From a virus: a DNA stretch of 64,000 bases. Position 1 is the first letter of the stretch; every line of letters starts with the position of its first letter. The notes under the pieces were generated by a model that was given only the letters and a program-made list of their open reading frames with translations, did no database searches and had not been told where the DNA came from. The translations under genes and the position numbers were made by a program. Shown here in pieces: positions 9,327-19,484 of the stretch. The stretch spans positions 1 through 64,000 of IMG/VR virus record IMGVR_UViG_3300003323_001324. The stretch is one strand, 5' to 3'.

Positions 9327-11305
9327 TGCCCAGCATTGAGAAGGCGGACAAGAGCCACCTGACCGGGGCGGTCGAGGAGATCATCGCCAAGAAGCGGCGC
9401 CAAAAGCACATAGACTCCGGCTCCTCCGACATATACGACCCCGGGTTCCTGAACATCCTGGAGTTCATCGACAGGTACAAGCTGCTCCCGAACGGGCTCT
9501 TCCCCGTCCAGCGCTTCATCCTCAAGATGTACTACAACATCCCCCTGGACTCGGTTCTCCCGCCGAACCCCCAGGACCGGATCGTCATAAGCAAGACTTT
9601 CCGGAAGGCCAAGAGCGTCGAGCTGACCGAGGTCGAGTACCTCAAGTACCTCTACGACAACGGTCGCTGCAACATCGCGGTCCAGGACTTCAAGCCGCGC
9701 CGGGAGCTCATCCTCGTCCTCGGCCGCCGCTCCGGCAAGAGCATGATGTCCTCCATCATCTCGGCCTACGAGCTCTACAAGCTCATCGCCCGCGGACATC
9801 CTCAGGCCTACTACGGGATGCTCCCGACCTCGAAGATCCAGATCATCTGCATCGCGAACGACAAGTCGCAGGCCGAGATCGTCTACGGCGAGATCTCGAA
9901 CCACGTCCAGCAGGTCGACTACTTCCAGAGCGCCCTGAAGCGCGCGACCTCGACCTTCATGCACTTCCGGACCGAGAGCGACAACCAGCGCTTCAAGTCG
10001 GATCCGAAGAAGTCGTCCATCGTCGCCACCTTCAAGAGCTCGAACGCCGGCTCCATCCGCGGCCGCGCCTGCATCGCCTGCATCCTGGACGAGCTCGCGT
10101 TCTTCATCCACGAGGGGAAGGGCTCCGACGGGGAGGTCTACAGGGCCGTCAACCCCGCCCTCAAGCAGTTCTCCCCCAAGGACCCGAAGAACCGCCGCAG
10201 GTCGCTCGGCCCCTCTGAGGGCCGCATGATATCCATCTCCTCGCCGAACGCGAAGGAGGGCCTCTTCTACAAGCTCTACGAGCTCTCGAAGTCCGGCGGC
10301 ATCGCCTCCTCCCAGATGCTGATGATCCAGGCCCCGACCTGGGAGGTCAACCCGACCATGGACGAGGCGGAGTACGAGGTCGAGCGCGCCAAGGACCCGC
10401 GCGCCTTCGAGACCGAGTTCGGGGCCCAGTTCTCGGACCGCGTCCGCGGCTGGATCGAGAACGCCCAGGACCTCCTCGACTGCTGTATCAAGGACCTGAG
10501 GCCCCTCGTGCGCGGCGCTCCCCGGGAGCCTTTCTTCGCCGGGGCGGACCTCGCCATCTCGGGAGACGGGACCTGCATATCCCTCTCCCACATCGTGGAC
10601 GGCCGCATTCAGCTCGGCTATCATGAGACCTGGTGCGCCGGCGTCCCCTGGGAGGAGTCGAACCCCCATCTCTCGAGCCCGCCCGTCCCCTATGCCACGA
10701 CCCTCGCTAGTCAGAAGAGGCTGGACGTCGACGAGATCGTCGACTGGTTCTACGCCCTGACGAGGCGCTTCTACATAGTCGGGGGTCTCCTCGACCAGGC
10801 CTTCGGCGTCATCTTCGAGCAGAAGCTGCACAAGAAGGGCCTTACGCAGTTCGAGTGCCGGCGCTTCAGCACCTCCGACAGCTCGGACACCTACCAGAAC
10901 GCCAAGATGCTCATGTTCATGGGGCAGCTCGGCATCTACGACTACCCCGTTCCGGCGGCCGACGAGGAGTCCCTCCTCACGACCGCCCGTCACTCGCCCC
11001 ACATCGAGGAGCTCCTCGAGCTCCAGGCCACCTCGGGCGGCAAGAACATCGTCATCGTCACGAAGCCGAACATCATCGGCAAGAAGGACGACTTTTCCGA
11101 CAGCCTGGTCCGGAGCCTCTCTCTGGCGGCGGACTACGTGAAGGCGAACCCGGCCGTCCTGGAGCTCTCCAAGGTGTCGGCCGGCCTCGCCCCTCCTCGC
11201 CGTCCGGTCGCCCCGAGCCCCTACACGCAGCGCCTCCAGAAGATCCGGATGCACGGCCCTCCCCCGAAGGAGAGGCGGATCCCCGCCTCCATGCGCCGTA
11301 GGTAG
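9326..11305 (+). CDS. terL: Terminase large subunit
   Basis: Walker A LGRRSGKS, Walker B CILDE, motif III ISSP, nuclease GADLAISGD, KDDFSDS. Confidence 0.93.
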   Translation: MPSIEKADKSHLTGAVEEIIAKKRRQKHIDSGSSDIYDPGFLNILEFIDRYKLLPNGLFPVQRFILKMYYNIPLDSVLPPNPQDRIVISKTFRKAKSVELTEVEYLKYLYDNGRCNIAVQDFKPRRELILVLGRRSGKSMMSSIISAYELYKLIARGHPQAYYGMLPTSKIQIICIANDKSQAEIVYGEISNHVQQVDYFQSALKRATSTFMHFRTESDNQRFKSDPKKSSIVATFKSSNAGSIRGRACIACILDELAFFIHEGKGSDGEVYRAVNPALKQFSPKDPKNRRRSLGPSEGRMISISSPNAKEGLFYKLYELSKSGGIASSQMLMIQAPTWEVNPTMDEAEYEVERAKDPRAFETEFGAQFSDRVRGWIENAQDLLDCCIKDLRPLVRGAPREPFFAGADLAISGDGTCISLSHIVDGRIQLGYHETWCAGVPWEESNPHLSSPPVPYATTLASQKRLDVDEIVDWFYALTRRFYIVGGLLDQAFGVIFEQKLHKKGLTQFECRRFSTSDSSDTYQNAKMLMFMGQLGIYDYPVPAADEESLLTTARHSPHIEELLELQATSGGKNIVIVTKPNIIGKKDDFSDSLVRSLSLAADYVKANPAVLELSKVSAGLAPPRRPVAPSPYTQRLQKIRMHGPPPKERRIPASMRRR

Positions 11306-11327
11306 GCTTGTTGTCCTGAGTCAACCC

Positions 11328-11576
11328 ATGGACGCCGGAGTCAAGGACACCGCTGCCTACCGGATAATCCGGCAGATCACGGACCACACCTGGGGGTCCG
11401 ACGTCGAGTACTCGGACGACGACATCGTCCTCCTCTGCCGCTCCTTCACCGCCAAGGGCGGCTCGTGGGAGACCCTGATGTCGGGCGACATGGGCAGCAT
11501 CGTCCGCCTCGAGGAGGCCATCGACTCCCTGGTCGCGCCGCGCAAGGTGGAAGAGGCACGGGCGGAAGGACGGTAG
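11328..11576 (+). CDS. Hypothetical protein
   Basis: Typical codon usage; fills the gap between TerL and the next gene. Confidence 0.65.
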   Translation: MDAGVKDTAAYRIIRQITDHTWGSDVEYSDDDIVLLCRSFTAKGGSWETLMSGDMGSIVRLEEAIDSLVAPRKVEEARAEGR

Positions 11577-11585
11577 GGTTCCGGC

Positions 11586-12218
11586 TTGGCAGCCAGGAAG
11601 TCCCCGAAGGATCCGGGCGTCGACAAGGACGTCGAGGCGCGCCGTGCCCGGGAGCGCGAGTCTAGGAAGCGCGAGTCGTCCGCCTCCAGGCGCCGGGAGG
11701 AGACTGCCCAGCTCTCCTCCTCCGTCTCCGCGTTCAACTCCGCGCTCAGCACCATCGAGGGGGCTACCCGCTCCCTCGCCCGGGGGTCGAAGGCCCTCGC
11801 CTCCGCCGCCAGGCAGGCCTCCTCCCCCTCCCTCGTCCAGTACGGGGTGGCCGGCCGCCTCCGTCCGGCCGTCCTCCAGCGCGCCGTCGCCTCCGTCCAC
11901 CGGGACCTTCAGGCCAAGATCCGGTATGTCCGCCTCCACGGGGTGACGGTCCCGGACGGCCGGGAGAAGCCCTACGAGGACCTCCTCGCCGGTCTGGCCG
12001 CCGTCTCCGACGCCTTCGGGAAGGTCCTCTCCGACTTCGAGAAGGCCATGCCCGAGCGCTCCGAGGACGGTCCGAAGCAGGTCCGGGAGCTCGTCATCGC
12101 CGCCGCCAAAGCGTCCGTCTTCCTGAATCGCCTGACCAGGAGGGGCAAGGCGTCGTCTTCCGTCCACTCGGCCGCCGTGGCCTCCGAGATCGCCGGCGGG
12201 GACGTGTCCTTCTATTGA
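11586..12218 (+). CDS. Hypothetical helical protein
   Basis: TTG start preceded by the GTAGGGT motif; typical codon usage. Confidence 0.6.
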   Translation: MAARKSPKDPGVDKDVEARRARERESRKRESSASRRREETAQLSSSVSAFNSALSTIEGATRSLARGSKALASAARQASSPSLVQYGVAGRLRPAVLQRAVASVHRDLQAKIRYVRLHGVTVPDGREKPYEDLLAGLAAVSDAFGKVLSDFEKAMPERSEDGPKQVRELVIAAAKASVFLNRLTRRGKASSSVHSAAVASEIAGGDVSFY

Positions 12219-12234
12219 GAGATGACCACCGCGC

Positions 12235-14046
12235 ATGGCACAGCGAAAGAACGATAGGCCGCGCTTCGGCGTGAAGACCCAGTCCGGGGAGCAGGACGCC
12301 TCGCGCCAGCAGCTCACCAAGCTGGAGCGCCAGGCGCGCCGCGAGGCCCGTCAGTCCATCCGCGTCGCCCACTACGGGGGCGGAGGCGGGTACGGCGGCG
12401 GCTTCTCCGGGTACGGGAGCTCTCCGACAAACATCGCCGACGCCCACTCGCAGTTCTACAGCCCGCAGCTCTCGACCGACTTCCTCGAGCTCCCGCAGTC
12501 CGAGCGCGAGAAGCGCGAGCTCTTCCGGTTCTGGTACACGACGCACCCCATCGTCGGCGCGGCCATCGACTTCCACACCGACGTCCCGATGTCCAAGATC
12601 CGCCTCTCCCTCCCTAAGGGGAAGGACCGGAAGCGGAACAAGCAGATCTTGCACTTCTACGAGGAGATGTGCAAGCGCGTCAAGATGTTCCAGGTCCTCT
12701 ACGACGCGACGCACGAGTACTGGCTCCAGGGGAACGTCTTCATCTTCGCCGAGGACCAGGACATGCAGCCCGAGATCCCCCAGGACCTCACGATGAACGT
12801 GAGGGAGGAGGAGATCGGGGAGGTGGACTACGTCGGGCGCCCGAGGAAGAAGAGGGTCCGCCGCCTCGAGCCGAAGCCGGCCGAGCAGCAGCAGAAGGCC
12901 ATCACGGACTACGTGGCGAAGCACTACCGGGGCTGGGAGCAGCTCCGGATCCTTCCTCCGGAGCAGGTGAAGCTGGAGGTTTTCCAGTTCACCAACATGA
13001 CGAAGATGGAGCTCATCCCGTCCGAGAAGGACCGCCTGATGGTGCTCCGGGCCCAGAACACCGCGGACCCTGAGGCCGCCCGCATCGCGGCCGACATTCC
13101 GGACATGATCCGGGACCGTCTCCTGAACGGTCAGCCGATCCCGCTCGCCACCTCCCCGTACGACGACTTCCTCTGCTCGTCCTTCTGCTACCACCTGGCC
13201 CACAAGAAGGCCGCCTACGACGACCGCGGGACCTCCATCCTCGAGCGCTGCCTCCGGACCCTCCTGTTCCAGGACAAGCTCCGTCAGGCCCAGACCTCCA
13301 TCGCCTCCCGCGCGATGACCCCGAAGCGCGTCGTCTGGGCCGACAAGATGTCCGAGACGGACGTCGACGGCATCCGCGACCAGATCGACCAGGCCCTCCA
13401 GGACCCGGACTTCGCCATCGTCGCGAACTTCGAGCTCCACTGGGACGAGATCGGCTCCCGGGACCGTCTCCTCGACCTGTCGACGGAGTACGAGATAACC
13501 AACAAGCTTCTGTTCATCGGCCTCCGCATCACTGAGTCGATGCTCACGGGCGACGCCACCTACGCCGGCGAGCGCATCCACCTCGACGTCATGAACACCA
13601 TGTACCTCCTCTACCGGGAGACGATGGCCCAGTTCGTCGAGGAGCAGCTCTTCGCCCCGGTCGCCGAGAAGAAGCAGTTCTTCGAGATCGACGAGGACGG
13701 CAACCGGGTCCTCCTCTACCCGAAGCTCCAGTTCACCCGCCTGGCCCTCCGCGACAACACGGAGCTCCAGGACTTCATGTACAACCTGTACCAGAAGGGC
13801 TCCATGCCCATCGCGTACATCTACGACCTTCTGAACATCGACGTGGACGACGCCCACGACCTGCTCCAGAAGGACGCGTTCACCCTCAAGGACGCGAACA
13901 TGAACGAGCTCGTCCGGGCCGCCCTGACCGCCATCGGCGACTCCCTGGCGGACGAGACGGACGTGAAGGACAAGGTCTACAAGAACCTCGGCCTGAAGAA
14001 GCAGGGTAAGGACGGGGACCGCTTCGGCAGCGGCAAGGGTGAATAA
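12235..14046 (+). CDS. Portal protein
   Basis: HPIVGAAIDFHTDVPMS, YWLQGNVF, RGTSILERC, FTRLALRD; 603 aa; follows TerL. Confidence 0.85.
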   Translation: MAQRKNDRPRFGVKTQSGEQDASRQQLTKLERQARREARQSIRVAHYGGGGGYGGGFSGYGSSPTNIADAHSQFYSPQLSTDFLELPQSEREKRELFRFWYTTHPIVGAAIDFHTDVPMSKIRLSLPKGKDRKRNKQILHFYEEMCKRVKMFQVLYDATHEYWLQGNVFIFAEDQDMQPEIPQDLTMNVREEEIGEVDYVGRPRKKRVRRLEPKPAEQQQKAITDYVAKHYRGWEQLRILPPEQVKLEVFQFTNMTKMELIPSEKDRLMVLRAQNTADPEAARIAADIPDMIRDRLLNGQPIPLATSPYDDFLCSSFCYHLAHKKAAYDDRGTSILERCLRTLLFQDKLRQAQTSIASRAMTPKRVVWADKMSETDVDGIRDQIDQALQDPDFAIVANFELHWDEIGSRDRLLDLSTEYEITNKLLFIGLRITESMLTGDATYAGERIHLDVMNTMYLLYRETMAQFVEEQLFAPVAEKKQFFEIDEDGNRVLLYPKLQFTRLALRDNTELQDFMYNLYQKGSMPIAYIYDLLNIDVDDAHDLLQKDAFTLKDANMNELVRAALTAIGDSLADETDVKDKVYKNLGLKKQGKDGDRFGSGKGE

Positions 14047-14078
14047 GCTTCCTGTCCCTCGCCCAGCTCGAGCCCGAG

Positions 14079-15350
14079 ATGGCCACTGACCTGACCCCTG
14101 CCGAGCGCGACGACCGGGAGGCCGAGCGCCTCCTGGACCATAAGCCAGCCCCCTCCCGGAAGTACCGGGAGCGGCGCTCTCCGCGCCCGTACCAGCGCCG
14201 GCGCCGCGTCCGGGACGAGGACACGAAGACCAGCGCTCTCTCCGACCGGGAGCTCGACAAGTACCTGGCGGACATGGAGAGCGTCACCCGGGAGACGGAG
14301 GAGGACCTGGACGACTTCGACTTCGACGGGGTCATCGACGCCCTCTCGGACGGCGAAGACATCCCGCCCGAGGTCGTCAAGCGGGTGGTCGAGGAGTCCG
14401 GGGCGGACTCGGTCGCCGACCTTCTCAGGGGCACGGAGAAGACTCTCGACTTCGACCAGGCCAAGCTCGACGAGCTCGACCGGGCCCTCGGCCTATCAGC
14501 GGCTTCTTATGGGAGATCACCCCTGATGAGCGCGAGGACTGGAACGTATCATGGCGTCCGCGACGTCCGGGGTAACCCGACGGACTCCCCGAACACCGTC
14601 TCGCTCCCCGACCGCCGCTATTTCACGGACAAGGACTACGACGTCATCGTCAAGTTCGCCGGGAAGCTTCTCGAGCAGGACGACTGGCTGAAGTACGGGT
14701 GGGACGGCGGCGCCGAGGACGCGCCCCTCCGCGCCGCCCTGGACCTCGCCATCCAGACCGCCAACGGTAACGCCTACCAGTCGAAGATCGACCCCGAGAC
14801 CTACGACCTCCTGCTGAACCGTCTGGCGAAGTGGGGGTACGACACGTTTTCCGACACAGTCCTTCCCATGAAGGCCCTCAGGAGCGCTTCCGCCATGAAG
14901 AACACCGAGTCATATCAGCAGATCCTCAAGGTCGCCAGCGACCTCCGCACCACCAATCCCGCCGCCTCTCTGAGCATCCTCAAGAACCTCCGCGCTCTCG
15001 TCAGCTCGGACGCCGAGCCTGCTCAGACCATCTCCGAGGCCGCCGCCGTCGGGGCCCCGAAGGCCGCCGTGGCCGCCGCCCCCGCCCAGCCCGCCGTGCC
15101 GGCGGTCGCCGCCGAGACGGACGCGGACCTGGCCGAAGTTCCCCTCAACGTCCTCATGCGCGCCGCGGCCTCAAGCCCCGACGTGAAGGCCGCCCTGGGC
15201 CCGTACATCCTGGCCGCCGCCAAGAAGAAGAGCAAGAAGAAGGGCAAGGTCCCCCCGCAGTTCCTCAAGAACATGAAGGGGAAGGGCGACGCCCCGCCGA
15301 AGGGCAAGAGCAAGAAGGCTTCCATCGCCGCGGAGGACGCCTCCTGGTGA
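14079..15350 (+). CDS. Putative head protein (possible internal start at 14526)
   Basis: Long ORF; Lys-rich C-terminus KKGKVPPQFLK. Confidence 0.7.
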   Translation: MATDLTPAERDDREAERLLDHKPAPSRKYRERRSPRPYQRRRRVRDEDTKTSALSDRELDKYLADMESVTRETEEDLDDFDFDGVIDALSDGEDIPPEVVKRVVEESGADSVADLLRGTEKTLDFDQAKLDELDRALGLSAASYGRSPLMSARTGTYHGVRDVRGNPTDSPNTVSLPDRRYFTDKDYDVIVKFAGKLLEQDDWLKYGWDGGAEDAPLRAALDLAIQTANGNAYQSKIDPETYDLLLNRLAKWGYDTFSDTVLPMKALRSASAMKNTESYQQILKVASDLRTTNPAASLSILKNLRALVSSDAEPAQTISEAAAVGAPKAAVAAAPAQPAVPAVAAETDADLAEVPLNVLMRAAASSPDVKAALGPYILAAAKKKSKKKGKVPPQFLKNMKGKGDAPPKGKSKKASIAAEDASW

Positions 15351-15407
15351 GGTGATCCCGAACTAGGCCATTAATCGTCGTCCCCGACTGCTGGAGTCCA
15401 CACCCTC

Positions 15408-15929
15408 ATGACCATCGACAAGAAGATCGCCGCCCAGGTCCTCGACACCCTCGACGCGACGGGTAACGAGATCGCCGCCCTCGCCGCCTCTGGCTTCCTG
15501 AGCCCCGAGGTGACCGGCGAGCTCCTCCACAACATCGACTCCTCCGCCGACCGCCTGCAGCTGGCGGCCTTCGGCCCCGAGGCCTTCGCCGCGTACAAGG
15601 CGAAGATTGCGAAGGTCATCAAGCAGGACTCGGACGAGCCCTACATGAAGACGTTCGACAACGTCAACGCCCCCGAGAAGGTCGAGGCGGACGAGCCGTA
15701 CATGCACAAGACGGAGCCGAGCTTCAACTCGAAGTCGATCCCGACCTTCGACCAGGACAACTCCGCCGCCGTCTCCGAGCGCAGCGAGTACGACGTCCGG
15801 GACCTCTCGGAGTACGCGGACAAGACCACGAAGCAGCCGAGCTGGCCCGGCGGCTCCTCGGGCAAGAGCACGAAGCAGGGCGCGACGCGCCAGGCCTCCG
15901 CTCCCGCCCGCAAGACCTGGTCTCGCTGA
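15408..15929 (+). CDS. Putative internal head protein
   Basis: GGAG RBS; duplicated DSDEPYMK/EADEPYMH; KIA motifs. Confidence 0.75.
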   Translation: MTIDKKIAAQVLDTLDATGNEIAALAASGFLSPEVTGELLHNIDSSADRLQLAAFGPEAFAAYKAKIAKVIKQDSDEPYMKTFDNVNAPEKVEADEPYMHKTEPSFNSKSIPTFDQDNSAAVSERSEYDVRDLSEYADKTTKQPSWPGGSSGKSTKQGATRQASAPARKTWSR

Positions 15930-15966
15930 ACCGACAACCCGAACTCCCGTTAGGGGCTACTCCAGC

Positions 15967-17799
15967 ATGCTCCGCACCGCGTTCGTAGACGACGTCGCCG
16001 CCGCGAAGGACTTCGCGTCCGGCGACGTGGTCCGTAAGACCGACTTCCGAGGGTTCTTCCCCAGCCCGTACGCGGGCAGGGTGGTGTTCGTCGACTACCG
16101 GAACGGGACCGTCCAGGTGCAGTGGCCCTGGGGCTCCGAGCAGGAGTACCCGACGGAGCTCATCCGCGACACGTCCGGCGACGTGATGCCCCCGGACTCC
16201 CTCGACCAGACCTACTCCAGCTGGGCGGAGTCCCGGTTCAGGAACGACGAGGCGACCGTCAAGGCCGACCAGAAGTGGCGGAAGAAGCTCGCCTCCGCGG
16301 TCGTCGCCCGCTACGAGGACGCCACGATGCCCGTCTGGAGGGCCGCCTGCAAGGCGCACCACTCCGGCATGGACGAGGTCTCCGCGTACCTCTCCGTGTG
16401 CGCCTCCCACGCCGACGAGTTCGGCGACGACGCCGTGCGCCTGACCGTCGCCAACCTCTACGAGGCCGGACGCTCCGTCCCGGCGAGGCTCGCCCTGTAC
16501 TGGAAGGACAAGGGCCGCCGCTACAAGGTCACGCAGCGCGAGAAGAGCGTCGGCAAGATCCGCTGCCCCCGCTGCTCGACCGAGGGCATGAAGCCCATGA
16601 CCTACCGGGCCGGCAAGAAGGTCCTGAACTGCCGCAGCTGCGGGTTCTCGATCTCGCCGAAGGACCTCATCTGGGACGACTCCGGGGAGGCCCAGGCCCC
16701 CGATCCCGCCCCCGAGCAGGTCAAGGCCGCCTCTCCGAAGCGCCGCGCCCAGGCGGCCGCCGAGGCCCTCCTCTGCATCGCCGCCTCCGTGGCCTCCGCC
16801 TCCCCCGCGGCCGCGGCCGCCCTCCACGCCGCCGTGGCCGGCCGCATCGCGGTCGTGAACCCCGGCGTCAAGGGCTGGGAGCGCTACATCGACGAGATGC
16901 TGGCGGTCCTCAAGTCCCTCGACCAGGAGCTCGACCAGGCCCTCTCGGATTACGAGACGGCCGAGGAGTTCTCCAAGTTCTTCGAGGACGGCATCGCGGA
17001 GGAGGACGAGCTCCGCAAGATCCTCGACAGCACCAAGAAGCTCGGGAAGGTGGCCTCCGCGGTCGCCGCCGACGACCAGACCTCCGGGTTCAAGGACTTC
17101 TTCAAGACGATGAAGAAGAAGTTCTTGAAGGACTGGGATGGCGCCCCCGACGACCCCGACTCGACCTCCGTCCCCGCCCAGTACCACATGGACGAGAAGG
17201 CGATGGACGACTTCGTCGAGGGGTCCCGCGACTGGCTCGACGCCTCGCAGTACGTCGAGATGGAGTACTCGGAGAACCGCGACTTCTTCGACTCCGCCCG
17301 CGCCCTCCTCGCCGACATGGACGACGTCCGCATCGAGCCCTCGAGGGAGAAGATCCGGGCCATCCGCGACCGCATTCCCGCCATCGTCAAGCGAGGCCAG
17401 GACATCCTCGGCCGCGCCCGCGAGCACCTGCGCGCCGAGTCCGTCGAGACCGAGGACCAGGACGAGGCCTCCGGCGACGACGTGAACCCGAGCAGCAAGT
17501 CGATTCAGATCGAGGACGACGACGGGCCGAAGCCCCACGGCGACTCGCACGGCGAGAAGGACCCGAAGCACCTTCAGTGGACCGTCAAGCACTACGTGGA
17601 CATGCTCCGCGAGAGCCTCGACGACCCCGAGAAGATGAAGAAGTACCTCAAGGAGCTCTACAACGAGGTCGGTCCGCAGCTGAAGGCCGCGTCCGACGCC
17701 CGCAGGCTCCTGACCCCTCGCCTCATCAAGCTCGCCCGCGCCCGGCAGGACCTTCGCCCCGTCATCCTCCCGGCCGTCCGCGCCTACGCCGGCCGCTGA
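15967..17799 (+). CDS. Multidomain head-module protein with a zinc ribbon
   Basis: SH3-like N-terminus (GRVVFV..VQVQWPWG); CPRC..CRSC. Confidence 0.75.
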   Translation: MLRTAFVDDVAAAKDFASGDVVRKTDFRGFFPSPYAGRVVFVDYRNGTVQVQWPWGSEQEYPTELIRDTSGDVMPPDSLDQTYSSWAESRFRNDEATVKADQKWRKKLASAVVARYEDATMPVWRAACKAHHSGMDEVSAYLSVCASHADEFGDDAVRLTVANLYEAGRSVPARLALYWKDKGRRYKVTQREKSVGKIRCPRCSTEGMKPMTYRAGKKVLNCRSCGFSISPKDLIWDDSGEAQAPDPAPEQVKAASPKRRAQAAAEALLCIAASVASASPAAAAALHAAVAGRIAVVNPGVKGWERYIDEMLAVLKSLDQELDQALSDYETAEEFSKFFEDGIAEEDELRKILDSTKKLGKVASAVAADDQTSGFKDFFKTMKKKFLKDWDGAPDDPDSTSVPAQYHMDEKAMDDFVEGSRDWLDASQYVEMEYSENRDFFDSARALLADMDDVRIEPSREKIRAIRDRIPAIVKRGQDILGRAREHLRAESVETEDQDEASGDDVNPSSKSIQIEDDDGPKPHGDSHGEKDPKHLQWTVKHYVDMLRESLDDPEKMKKYLKELYNEVGPQLKAASDARRLLTPRLIKLARARQDLRPVILPAVRAYAGR

Positions 17800-17816
17800 C
17801 CCGGTAGCGTGCGGGG

Positions 17817-18344
17817 ATGCGAATCCCCAACGCCCACGAGCTCTCCGCCGACCAGATCGCCTCCCTCGCGGAGGCGGTCGAGACGGCGCACGCCGGCCTC
17901 TCCGCCCTCCACCCGGAGCTGGAGGCCCAGCGCCTGGAGCAGCTCGACCTCGTCCTCGACGCCGTCCGCGCCGCCCTCGTCCCCTCCCATCCGACGAACA
18001 AGGACCTGGACTCCATGGTCCGGGAGATCCTCGGATTCGTCCAGAAGGCCCGCGACAGCGGCTTTTCCCCGACGGTCCTTTCGGCGGACACTCCGGAGAC
18101 CCTCTGCGTCGGCTACGCCGCCTTCTACGTCGCGGACGGGAAGGAGACCCATATCCTCCGCAACGTGAAGATCACGGCGATGAAGGAAGCCGGGATCAAA
18201 TACCCGCACCTCATGGCCCTCGAGCTCTTCAACTCCGGGAAGGGGAGGAAGAAGTGCGCCGCCCTCCTGACCGCCGGGGTAGACATCCTGGATCCCGCTG
18301 CCGTGGCCGCCGCTCCTCAGTTCCTGGTGGAAGCAATCCTTTAA
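17817..18344 (+). CDS. Hypothetical protein
   Basis: GTAGCGT motif upstream; typical codon usage. Confidence 0.65.
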   Translation: MRIPNAHELSADQIASLAEAVETAHAGLSALHPELEAQRLEQLDLVLDAVRAALVPSHPTNKDLDSMVREILGFVQKARDSGFSPTVLSADTPETLCVGYAAFYVADGKETHILRNVKITAMKEAGIKYPHLMALELFNSGKGRKKCAALLTAGVDILDPAAVAAAPQFLVEAIL

Positions 18345-18359
18345 TCGGCGGACTCCCGT

Positions 18360-18920
18360 ATGGCCGACGACCCCACCGACAAGCTGTTCCGCGAACTGGA
18401 CCGAGAGTTCCCGAAGTTCAGGTTCGTCTACAAGGACGAGAGCTGGCTGATGAGGGCCATCGACGTCTTCCTGAAGGTGGTCTCGCTCGGGATGATGCGG
18501 ACCTTCATGACGAAGTTCACGACGGTCGTCGGCTACACCATGTACGTCTCGAGGAAGGGCTGGTACGACCTTCCTCCGGTGGGGAGGGCCATCGTGATGC
18601 GCCACGAGCGCGTCCACATGCGCCAGCGCCGCAAGTACGGGATGCTCCTGTACTCGCTGCTCTACCTCTTCGTGCCCCTTCCCATGTTCCTCTCGTACTT
18701 CCGGATGAGGTTCGAGCGCGAGGCCTATGAGGAGAGCATCCTGGCGGCGGTCGAGCTCGGCCTCGACTCGAAGGACGGGAAGTTCCGGGCCGGCGTCATC
18801 CGGGCCTTTGTGAGCCCCTCCTACCTCTGGATGTGGCCCTTCCGAAAGTCGACCGAGGCCTGGTACGACGAGGCGGCCGTCCGCGCGATGGCGAAGGCCT
18901 TCGCCGCTAGGACTCCATGA
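18360..18920 (+). CDS. HExxH zinc-metallopeptidase-like membrane protein
   Basis: RHERVHMRQ followed by a hydrophobic segment and FEREAY. Confidence 0.7.
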   Translation: MADDPTDKLFRELDREFPKFRFVYKDESWLMRAIDVFLKVVSLGMMRTFMTKFTTVVGYTMYVSRKGWYDLPPVGRAIVMRHERVHMRQRRKYGMLLYSLLYLFVPLPMFLSYFRMRFEREAYEESILAAVELGLDSKDGKFRAGVIRAFVSPSYLWMWPFRKSTEAWYDEAAVRAMAKAFAARTP

Positions 18921-19452
18921 CGTCCTCGACGATCTGCATTCTCATCGCCTCCGCGTGAGCTTCCGCGGTCTTCTTCCAGAAGCTCTCCCTACCCCAGAAG
19001 CCCGGCTCCCTTAGCCTTTTCACCGCAGACTTCGGGACGTCCCCGCCCGTGCAGAGCTTGACGGCCGCCTCCGCTGCGGCCGTCCTCAGTCCGACGGGCC
19101 CTCCTTTTCCGTCCCAGTCTATTGTCCCCCTTCTCGTTATCCAGTACGGCCTCGTCCTCCCGTTCTGGTATTCCCTGAACCTGTAGACAAGCCCGTACCT
19201 CTTGTCGTGCTTCCCGACATGGAGGCACTCTTCCGGGTCGAAGACGTGGGCTTTCCCTCCTCCCGGGAGGCCTATCTCGTATCTTCTCTCCTTCTTCCCC
19301 TCCTTTATCCGGGCCGCCATCGTCCCTCCTAACAGGGACTCGACCCTCTCTATCGACCCGGGGCTCGTCTTCTCTCTCGGGACCCTGACCTTCCTCTTCT
19401 TGCCGTCCCTGAGGCGCTTCTCCTTCACGCCGGAGAGTACGCCTTCGGCCAT
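18907..19452 (-). CDS. Hypothetical basic protein with C-terminal VMES tag
   Basis: Purine-rich minus-strand ORF ending IVEDVMES*. Confidence 0.65.
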   Translation of the reverse strand: MAEGVLSGVKEKRLRDGKKRKVRVPREKTSPGSIERVESLLGGTMAARIKEGKKERRYEIGLPGGGKAHVFDPEECLHVGKHDKRYGLVYRFREYQNGRTRPYWITRRGTIDWDGKGGPVGLRTAAAEAAVKLCTGGDVPKSAVKRLREPGFWGRESFWKKTAEAHAEAMRMQIVEDVMES

Positions 19453-19484
19453 CGGACTTTTGTGGGGCGCCGGTAGAGCAGCTC